Shown one piece after another: positions 32,819 to 41,207 of a stretch of DNA of 64,000 nt. The notes under the pieces are model-generated. The model was given only the letters and a program-made list of their open reading frames with translations. It was not told where the DNA came from and did not search any database. Source of the stretch: Eutreptiella sp. 'Long Island Sound 2002' (taxonomy: Eukaryota > Protista > Euglenida); the NCBI GenBank assembly GCA_964036045.1, contig OZ038378.1, positions 12,524,001-12,588,000 on the forward strand. The letters are read 5' to 3'. How positions within the stretch are numbered: position 1 is the first letter of the stretch; each line of letters starts with the position of its first letter. The translations under genes were made by a program, and so were the position numbers.

Positions 32819-34606
32819 TTGCGAGAGTATCTTAAGACAGATATTGCATTATACTCAAAACTGGTTGATATGCGCATACACACCACAGACTGGCAGGCGA
32901 AGAAAAACACACAGCTGCAGCGGATATACGAGACAATGCAAGAATCTGTCAACAGAACGGAGGCGAACCGAATCTGTGCATACCTTTTCGAATGCATGCA
33001 CAGTTTTTTTGACGGGGATCCAATGGACCTGACACAGATCACAGGTTCACTCGTGGATGTTGAAAGACTGCAGCGTGCGTGGCATGGAATGTGTGCGAAA
33101 TACCGTTGGGGCAGGAGGCATCAGGTACGCGTCAAGGCGTCTCTTTCGCGGGGGCTACTGATGATATCCAAAAAGCTGGCATGCACACTGAATGCACGAA
33201 CTGGGGGTCAGAGTGTACAATTCGAGACCAGCACATCATACCAAAGCACATTTGATCTCCATTGCTGTTTACCACTCCGCAACAGACAAAGATATGGAAG
33301 ACACACAACAAGATACCAAGTACTGTCACAGCTTATTGACGAAGTCTCGAACCATCTCAAATCACTATCAAGACAGAATATGAAACGTATCGGGCTCCTT
33401 CTCGACAGGATGATTTTCGGAGGTGACAGTAATGAGGAAGGAATTGTTGGTGCAAACAACTTCACTGTACGTGAGGTGATTGTGCATCTGCGCACATTAA
33501 GTGCAATGGATTGGCTGACTCGGTACGCGCATGTGCACAGGGGCCAGAAAATCTCATTTGACCATTTCAAGCATCAGCTACGTAGCATCAGTTTACTGCA
33601 CGAAAAGGTCCTACAGTCGTCCTGCAAAGACATGCTCACTATTCCAATTGTCAGAGCCGCTGGTCGGATGATAAATACAAGAGAAATGTATTGCCGCTCT
33701 TCAACATCAGCCACAACGGACGCGAACAGTACACAATCAAGAAAACATGCGGAGTACACAGCCCTTCGCACGCTTCTGTCCACGATAAAAAGTGAAATGA
33801 TTGTGCGAAATGATGTACTTGCTCTTGCAAATAAAAGATACGCATTCACCTGTGCAGAAGTACGTTGCATAGTACGTGCCACAGGCACAAACCTTGAACG
33901 GGTCATTGTTAATCTATTTTTGTTAACAGGACTTCGGATAGGAGGTCTATCACGGATACAGTGGAATGTTCCTGTGCATGCCGCTGAAATGTGCAATGCA
34001 AATAACATACCATCGGTAATGATCACAATCGAAAAGGGCCGCAGGGTCCGTCGCATACGTTTAAGTGGAGGTTGTAGGGTGCTGATCGCAAGACTGTACA
34101 GAGAACGCCATCTTACTTCCAAGGTGGCATACTCCTCTACCTACTTGTTTCCCTCCCCTCACCACCACGGCAAGTGTGTCAGTACCCATTATATATGGAC
34201 CCTGTGCAGGCAAATATTCGCGAGAAGTGGCGTAAGCGGATGCCATGCACATCCACACAGCTTCAGACATACTCTTATACAAATGATGTTTATGCGGGGG
34301 GCTACCTTTGAGTCCATTGCAAAATTCATTGGGCATGCCAATGTCAATATTACATCCGGGGTCTATGGAAAACTCGACTGTAGCCAAACAGATGCGCTGA
34401 TGCGCATGGATGACACAGGTCATGACAACTGCGAGAAAGGGTCCTGGGAACGTCTGTATGGTGAACTCTGTGGATTGAGACTATACACTGACATTAACGA
34501 GGATGAATGGTTCGGAGTGACAAGGATGGCCCCCAAAAAAGGCAAAACACTAAAATCCAATGCCATCAAAAGGGAGGCGCTCAGCTATCGTGGCTATCGC
34601 AGGTAG
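32819..34606 (+). CDS. Tyrosine recombinase 5 (subfamily A)
   Basis: TGLRIGG, EKGRR, AHPHSFRH, FIGH, GVYG; TTG start, first ATG 32870. Confidence 0.92.
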   Translation: MREYLKTDIALYSKLVDMRIHTTDWQAKKNTQLQRIYETMQESVNRTEANRICAYLFECMHSFFDGDPMDLTQITGSLVDVERLQRAWHGMCAKYRWGRRHQVRVKASLSRGLLMISKKLACTLNARTGGQSVQFETSTSYQSTFDLHCCLPLRNRQRYGRHTTRYQVLSQLIDEVSNHLKSLSRQNMKRIGLLLDRMIFGGDSNEEGIVGANNFTVREVIVHLRTLSAMDWLTRYAHVHRGQKISFDHFKHQLRSISLLHEKVLQSSCKDMLTIPIVRAAGRMINTREMYCRSSTSATTDANSTQSRKHAEYTALRTLLSTIKSEMIVRNDVLALANKRYAFTCAEVRCIVRATGTNLERVIVNLFLLTGLRIGGLSRIQWNVPVHAAEMCNANNIPSVMITIEKGRRVRRIRLSGGCRVLIARLYRERHLTSKVAYSSTYLFPSPHHHGKCVSTHYIWTLCRQIFARSGVSGCHAHPHSFRHTLIQMMFMRGATFESIAKFIGHANVNITSGVYGKLDCSQTDALMRMDDTGHDNCEKGSWERLYGELCGLRLYTDINEDEWFGVTRMAPKKGKTLKSNAIKREALSYRGYRR

Positions 34607-34923
34607 AACGGTCAATAGACTTTAGGCTGCATAAATGCAGTCATCTGCGAAAGAATCGCGTTGATGTGTCTCTGCGCATTCGGTCCAACACACAACCTTC
34701 CAACATAAATGGCAGCGGGCTTGCTACATTCCACCCACTTTCCAGACAACATGGATGATGCTGGATTTACATGCACATTGTCATCAACAGTACATTAACG
34801 TAGATACTTGGGACCCGATTTATAGCCCAGCATCCGGTACTGGATGCAATGCATTAAAAAGTGCAAATTTCGACATCAATGTAGAACGTCTGCACATTGT
34901 GATACATTGCTTGATTCCGTGGT

Positions 34924-35490
34924 TTATGGCTTGAGAATTTCATCTACGTGTTGCTCCACGGCATCAATACGCCGCCTGTTCTGAATCAAAATTGCTGTAT
35001 ATGGATAAACTGACTTTACTACCGGACCATTTCCTACCCAGTCAGTGCTGTAGTCTATGACCATACCATCAACCCTTTCAATGATGTCTTTGTGACGCTC
35101 TTCAAACGATCTATCCAAAAACACTACACCTTGACCAATACCACGTTCGGACAACCGTATCATTGCTGCCATCAAGACAGCATACTCAAGGGCCTGCGAG
35201 GCAGGCGTACCTGGCCTCAGAAGTACAGTGTGAAACCAGCCACACAAACTCCAGTACCCAGCACTCCTCAACTGTTCGATTGCCAGATCTGAGAGACCAG
35301 ATTTCACAACGAATTCCCCGATGTGACGCTCCACGTTCACATCTGCGACAAAGGACTGCACTATACGGAATGCCTCAGTCATGGCACCAGTACATGTTTG
35401 ACATTGCGGACACTGCTTCTGAGGTGGACACTGTCTTTGGGTTGGGCATTCAGGGCATGGCTTGCAGGGCTTGCAGGAGATAGCACCCAT
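34924..35490 (-). CDS. Hypothetical protein with Cys/Pro-rich N-terminus
   Basis: MGAISCKPCKPCPECPTQRQCPPQKQCPQC repeats followed by a globular region. Confidence 0.6.
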   Translation of the reverse strand: MGAISCKPCKPCPECPTQRQCPPQKQCPQCQTCTGAMTEAFRIVQSFVADVNVERHIGEFVVKSGLSDLAIEQLRSAGYWSLCGWFHTVLLRPGTPASQALEYAVLMAAMIRLSERGIGQGVVFLDRSFEERHKDIIERVDGMVIDYSTDWVGNGPVVKSVYPYTAILIQNRRRIDAVEQHVDEILKP

Positions 35491-35693
35491 CTTATTTCAC
35501 TTTTATTACAGATAAAGAAAGAAAATGCGCCTCAATTTCAATGATCTCGTATTTATGTGGTGTGTGCTTTGCGTAACCGCTGTGGTCATCGTCAACCGCG
35601 TGAACAGTCAGTCTGACATTGCATACTATACAGCCATGACAGGGATCAATAAACAATTCATACAGAGAATGCTCACACCAGAACAACACGAAA

Positions 35694-36188
35694 TTGATGC
35701 ATAGAGTCTGTAAAGAGACAGACACAACAACCATGCTACGCTTTGCATCACGTTATGAAATATATCACGTGGTGCTATTGCTTGGTTTTGCTCTCTACCC
35801 CTTCAGCTGTAGATCACGAGCAAAAGATGTAGCATATCTAACACTGGCACTGGTTGTGTTCACCCACTGGACCTTATTCGAAAATGAATGTCTACTGACG
35901 TATCTGGAAAAGGTATCAATCGACAAATCCTACGCCCTTGGTACGTGCCCGAGTGTCCGGCCATGCGACTATGCCAGTCCGCTTATTCCATACATCCGTG
36001 TCATGGTCCCTCTTGCCATATTATATACAATTGTCACCACAGAATCATGCGGTATACACCGAAAAGGGGTGTACATTACAGTCATTTTCGGGTGTCTCAT
36101 TTTCGGGTGTCTTCTACCGACGTCAGAGCGATGTGCTGCTCAAATCTGGCATCATAAATGTGTGGTTGCACATGGAATTCCCGAATAA
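35694..36188 (+). CDS. Multi-pass membrane protein (HW...ECxLT motif)
   Basis: VFTHWTLFENECLLTYLEK between hydrophobic helices. Confidence 0.6.
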   Translation: MMHRVCKETDTTTMLRFASRYEIYHVVLLLGFALYPFSCRSRAKDVAYLTLALVVFTHWTLFENECLLTYLEKVSIDKSYALGTCPSVRPCDYASPLIPYIRVMVPLAILYTIVTTESCGIHRKGVYITVIFGCLIFGCLLPTSERCAAQIWHHKCVVAHGIPE

Positions 36189-36602
36189 AATAGTCCGTGC
36201 GTGATCATCGTTTATAAATGTATAAAGCAGACAAGCCTGCAATTTCGAGCAGGGTATGCTTTCTGCCAAAATCCACCAAAATACAGCAAGAAAGTAAGGG
36301 ACTGGGTTTGTGCCTACATCGCAGACTTGGATGTCGATATTGGACATGACCAGTTTGTGACCTCAGCACTTAAGCGGAATCATAATATCTCTAATATACC
36401 TGATTTAAGCGATGGAACGTACATGGACATGAACATACACCACGAAGATATATTAAATGCGGAAACCATGACCCGTGCGATTGAGAGGGAGTCTGTGGAG
36501 AGGAGACACCATACTTATATTGCTAAACTGTTGCTGTTTTACACGCCAGAACGAGTGTGGGACGAGTGGATGGAAAGGTTGTTGATGAAAACAGACGATG
36601 AT

Positions 36603-36618
36603 GCATTATCATTTGCTG
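36603..36618 (+). repeat. Left target-site duplication GCATTATCATTTGCTG
   Basis: Identical 16-mer at 37900..37915. Confidence 0.92.
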
Positions 36619-37028
36619 ACACCAGGCGCCCCTCACAACGGGGGAAGGCACCCCCCCCGGGGACGCCCTTCCACCACCCCCACAGCGAGCAACGCCGGCC
36701 CGCAAGGGCGCACGCTGGGGGGCCGGTGCTGGGTACACACGCCCGTATCGACCGCACCCGGGACACACGGGTCGCGGAACCTTGGCAGCCCGCTCCAGAG
36801 GACGGGCGGCCAGGGGAGGGACAGCGCCTGACACCAGGCGCCCCTCACAAAGGTGGAAAGCACCCCCCCCGGGGACGCCCTTCCGCCACCCCCACAGCGA
36901 GCAACACCGGCCCGCGAGGGCTCACGCTGTGGGGCCGGTGCGGAGATCCCACGCCCGCACCGACCGCACCCAGGACACGCGGGACGCGGAACCCTGGCTG
37001 CCCGCTCCAGAGGACGGGCGGCCAGGGG
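36616..37028 (+). repeat. Two diverged ~200-bp tandem copies (period 212 bp) inside the insertion
   Basis: CTGACACCAGGCGCCCCTCACAA...CCCGCTCCAGAGGACGGGCGGCCAGGGG at 36616 and 36828. Confidence 0.9.
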
Positions 37029-37899
37029 CCGCCGCCCCCGCAACCCCAAGCCAAGGAGGGGGGAACCGGGACCGGACCGCCCCCCCCCAAGCACGCCAGA
37101 CGGAGCACGGGACCGGGGCAGGACACGCGGAGGGGCACGGACCAAGTGGAACGGCCCTACCAGCGCCCAGTGCCGGGACCACGCGAGATGCGCGCGCCAC
37201 ACCACCCAGCGGGGGGGGGAGCGGACCCCGCGAGAGCGCGAGCGCACACACACGAAAAGAACACGCGGGGACTACCGGAAGGGCAACCGGACCGAGCGCG
37301 CGGAACGCACAGACCGCATGGAATGGCGTACCAGCGAGCGAGGGTAAGGGACACCCGGAGGGGACGGCCCGCCACACGCAGCGCGGAACACGCGGGGCGG
37401 GAAGGGGGAAACAGGAGAGACACAACACCAGGTACCGGCCCGAACCCCCCCCGAACCGGCCGCGAGCGCCGCGCACACACAGACGGGACACTGCACCCGC
37501 CAAGGCAGTAGTGGCGCACAACGCCACGCCCCAACCCCTAGGCTAGGCAGCCTCCGCGCCAGCCCAAGGGGGTCCCACTGGCGACAAGCCAGTAGCACGG
37601 GCCCGGCGGCGCCGGCGCCCCGGGCGACCACGCATTAGGGGGGCGACGCAGTGGGTAAGCGCCCGCAGCCACGGCTGCGAATTGATGCACTGACCGAGGA
37701 GTGGCGAAACGGGGACGCCGGGGAAGGACGGGGCTCCGAGCTCTGTGAACCCGGGGGACTCCGCCACCAGGCAGGAGGTGCGTCTTGGAGGGCCCCCCAC
37801 TAGGACCCGGTGGGGAGGATATCACCTGGCCCGACCAGGTGGCCCCCCGGGGCCGAAAGGCGTCTAGTACCCGCAAAATCAAACCTCAAACCTCAAACC
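36619..37899. mobile_element. 1281-bp GC-rich insertion, non-LTR-retroelement-like (non-autonomous or truncated)
   Basis: Abrupt GC shift at both edges, 16-bp TSD, (TCAAACC)3 at 37879..37899, no transposase or RT motif. Confidence 0.8.
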
Positions 37900-37915
37900 G
37901 CATTATCATTTGCTG
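37900..37915 (+). repeat. Right target-site duplication
   Basis: Identical to 36603..36618. Confidence 0.92.
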
Positions 37916-38372
37916 TATCTGCGATCATCAGAACAGTAGACCACCAGTCCAGACAATGCGACACTGAATTTGAGTACATGACGCGGGTCAAATCAAACAT
38001 TGACACATCTGAACTCATCAAGCATTTCAAAGACAATGGTTTTCTGGACCCGTACATTCGTAAAAAAAATCATATTCTATCGCGCATAATCTCAATTGCT
38101 GCATTGTGTGGAAATACACCAGGCATTAAGTGCCTTGTGTATATCTTCAGTCAGCTGTTGATCGATGTCGATTGCTTCAATCAATTCGATAATTTGACTC
38201 TCGACAAATGGAATAGCCTTCTGGAGTGCTTCGATGCCACTGAACGAAAAAAAATCTGTAAGACGCTCACCGAAAAAGGGTACCGGCCTGTAAAAAATGT
38301 AACCAGAAAAGAATGGATTACACTGACCAATGGCAAGGAATTCAAATTATCAGACGGTCTTGATGAAAGTGA

Positions 38373-40001
38373 ATGGGGCAAGTTCATCGTTCTGATTATC
38401 GACAGGCTTCTTCCTCAGTTCCTGGTGATCCTGGTGGAGGGTTTCTGAACCCAGACGATCAAGTAGCATTGACAGCTGTAGGGGAGCCACTGGTGAACCA
38501 ATTTTCGTTAGATAAGCTCCGAAAAACGATGACAGAAATGAATGAAGAAAAGGATGCAGACCAGGTGTATCTTCTTATACGCATCACTGCGTATATCGTA
38601 AAAATAGCGACCACACTTGAAAATCATGACGCTTATAAAAAATTCACGATGGACATCGGGAAGAGGGTCAAAGCGCCGACCATCTGGGATTGGGCTTCGG
38701 GACTTCTCCCCTTCCTGAATAAAATATCAGCGACCATGTCTTCTTTAAACCCGGATTTGGTAAAACTATACACGGATATCCAGAAAGACTTCCAGAAATG
38801 TCAAAGTGCAATTGCAAAATACACTGTCGGAACACAGATTTTCGAACAAACAATTTCAATGGCACCCACCGCCACCTCAGACGTCAGAGATCTTGTTGAA
38901 AGTTTAATACAACAACTTGATAAACATGCATATCTTAAAATTGATTTCATTAACATATGCTTGCGGTATGCGCATGACCTCGATTCATCCATCGAAACCA
39001 AAAAACCAACCAAGCGCCCAAGTCTGCAGCCACTTACACATGGCAATGATATTGTTGACTTAAGCATGGGCGAAATAATGTCACTAGCCGAAGATTGTGA
39101 CATGACCGTTCCAGCAAACAGGTCTAGAATAGCGAATCTTATCTGCATACTATACAAGCACGATGTGGACGACGAGAAGGCAAGACAGAATGTACATAAA
39201 TTATTCATCGAGAAAGGAGTGCTCAGCGAAGATGAATTCAACATTTTCTGGTTATACAATGTTCGCTTTCAGGCTTCCGGTCTTTTAGTGGATGGGTCAG
39301 ATCCATATACACAGGCTGCCAGTTTATATCCACATCTGAAACTTTTGCTGACCAGAGGGAAACCCCCACTGCCGTTTCATTTTATTGACCCTGACGATAG
39401 GGACTTCTCGAACACTCTCTCCAAAGCCCTCTACACATGGGCACATGCACAGACAGATTGGAACTCTGTCATAATTGATGTCGGAAACCTAACAGTAAAC
39501 GAGGGGCGGAGACGTTTGATTTCAAGCTTTGTCACAATATGCACTCTGGCGTGCAGTATGCATACTGCTACTGCCAAAGACAAAAAACTGTTTGACGCGA
39601 CAAAACAGTGGCTGAAAGCGATAGACCGCCTGGCCTGTGCGTCCGAAGAGGTCCTGCGTCCATGCGACTTCGAGGTGATCAGATTTTTGTTTTCGGAAGA
39701 ACGATTCGAAAAAAATGCAACTTTGCATTTTGTGAATAAATTAGGCTGCTATGTCGAGTTTCACAGGAGCGCGCGGAGGAGCAGCGAGGTGATCGTGTTA
39801 ATGCAGGAACTACAAGGGTGGATCCTCTCGTTCGATAAGAAATACCCGTTCAGTCGACCTTCTGTCTTTCTATATGGCTTCAGGAAATGGATGGTGGGAA
39901 AGGGGTGGATGTCATCAACCATCGAAAAGCGGCGCAGCGCCAGACTATGCGGCAGGAAACGGCTTCTGTCGATTGCACACGGTACGAACGGAAACGCCTG
40001 A
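38373..40001 (+). CDS. Large helical hypothetical protein; probably the -1-frame continuation of the interrupted gene
   Basis: 542-aa ORF overlapping the end of 37810..38448 at G GGT TTC TGA. Confidence 0.6.
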   Translation: MGQVHRSDYRQASSSVPGDPGGGFLNPDDQVALTAVGEPLVNQFSLDKLRKTMTEMNEEKDADQVYLLIRITAYIVKIATTLENHDAYKKFTMDIGKRVKAPTIWDWASGLLPFLNKISATMSSLNPDLVKLYTDIQKDFQKCQSAIAKYTVGTQIFEQTISMAPTATSDVRDLVESLIQQLDKHAYLKIDFINICLRYAHDLDSSIETKKPTKRPSLQPLTHGNDIVDLSMGEIMSLAEDCDMTVPANRSRIANLICILYKHDVDDEKARQNVHKLFIEKGVLSEDEFNIFWLYNVRFQASGLLVDGSDPYTQAASLYPHLKLLLTRGKPPLPFHFIDPDDRDFSNTLSKALYTWAHAQTDWNSVIIDVGNLTVNEGRRRLISSFVTICTLACSMHTATAKDKKLFDATKQWLKAIDRLACASEEVLRPCDFEVIRFLFSEERFEKNATLHFVNKLGCYVEFHRSARRSSEVIVLMQELQGWILSFDKKYPFSRPSVFLYGFRKWMVGKGWMSSTIEKRRSARLCGRKRLLSIAHGTNGNA

Positions 40002-40376
40002 CATATCGGCAGCTCTCGTCATGAGCATGGCTATGTCCACACCACCGTCAGTGCTTATTGGTGGTTCCATCCACCTGAAGCCAATTTGAGGGACATTGTT
40101 CGAGGGACATTGCCTATAATAAGCCTGAGGAGACACGCATGAGCAGACTGCCAGTATGTGAGTACGTCGGGTTACAGCGTAGGTCTCAAACAAGAGATTG
40201 TGTTTCTAGAATTGAATTGAAAATAACACACTCTGTGCATTGATTGTATGAACAAAACGTGAAACAAAATTGAAACCTTATCTATTTGTGAAAAAAAAAC
40301 CTGTCCTAAAACTTAAACATACATACAAGTAGATGTTAGTGCCAGGCAACCCACACAATCTATTTTTGGACAATTA

Positions 40377-41158
40377 TTGGTAGAATGGATGCATCTTGCA
40401 CTGAGATACGCCTTTGGGCGGCAACGAGCGCAGAATATGGGCGCGAAATTTGCATTGCTCAAGCTGGACATGACACTGAATATGGAAGACACAGCTTTTG
40501 ACAGGCAGGTGATAGAATGGCGAAGATCCACTGTTAATGTTCTGGTTGATGAAATCGATAATGCAGTGTGCTTTATACAAGAGACAGGTTGGAGCTGTAT
40601 CATCAGGATAGGCTTTGTCTGGCAAAGAGATTTCGATTCGCGTGCGAACAAACGTAGACGTCGGTACCTGAGATATCTGTTTGCTTTTGCTCACGGAATA
40701 CTCATTGAGGCCAGACACAGGCCGGGCGAAATGGGGCCCCATGCAATTCCACATGCATTCAATGTCTATGCTACTGATATGAAACTGAGGCTAGGACGCC
40801 CGTATGAATGGCATACAAGGCTAGGACAGCCCAACTGGTTTGCGGATGAATACTACATTCAGTTCACAGTGAATCGGCTTGAAACCCCACCACCACCAGA
40901 CCACCCTACCACCACTCTATCACACGGCATTCGGAAAGCTTGTTGTGATTCGGCATTGAACATATGCCCAATCTGCATGGAAGAAAAGCGACATCGTGTC
41001 TGCTTCAGTTGTGGACACACTGTGTGCATGTGTGTATGAACAAAATGTGGAACGAAATTGACTTCTCTGGGTATAAGTGTCCATTGTGTCGGACACACTT
41101 TGATAGACTTACATTTTACAGTCCATTTACAGTCGAAGACGATTGTCGAATGGCATAA
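40377..41158 (+). pseudogene. C-terminal C3HC4 RING-finger protein split by a frameshift
   Basis: CPICMEE...CGHTVC in ORF 40377..41039; CMNKMW...CPLCR in the -1 frame ORF 40964..41158. Confidence 0.8.
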
Positions 41159-41185
41159 TGAAAGAAGACAATGCTGATCATGTGT
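41150..41185 (+). repeat. 36-bp direct repeat (34/36 identical) of 42379..42414
   Basis: ATGGCATAATGAAAGAAGACAATGCTGATCATGTGT versus ATGGCATAATGAAAAAAGACGATGCTGATCATGTGT. Confidence 0.85.
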
Positions 41186-41207
41186 ACTATACAACACAAA
41201 AACGAAA

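Larger units (their letters stand above)
36201..38448 (+). pseudogene. Viral hypothetical gene disrupted by the GC-rich insertion
   Basis: Removing 36619..37915 joins ...KTDDDALSFA to VSAIIRTVDHQ... in one open frame. Confidence 0.8.

Noticed and set aside
37689-37710. Hammerhead-like core CTGACCGAG...CGAAAC
   Set aside because: The core has an extra base, stem II is 1 bp, and no NUH cleavage triplet with matching stems I/III could be built
36523-37882. Many Pro/Arg/Gly-rich ORFs, including the C-terminal 300 aa of 36201..37511
   Set aside because: Expected by chance in very GC-rich DNA; they lie in the TSD-bounded insert and show no RT, endonuclease or transposase motif
36619-37899. GC-rich segment as rRNA or rDNA
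   Set aside because: No conserved SSU, LSU or 5.8S signature seen; the TSD and tail favour a mobile element
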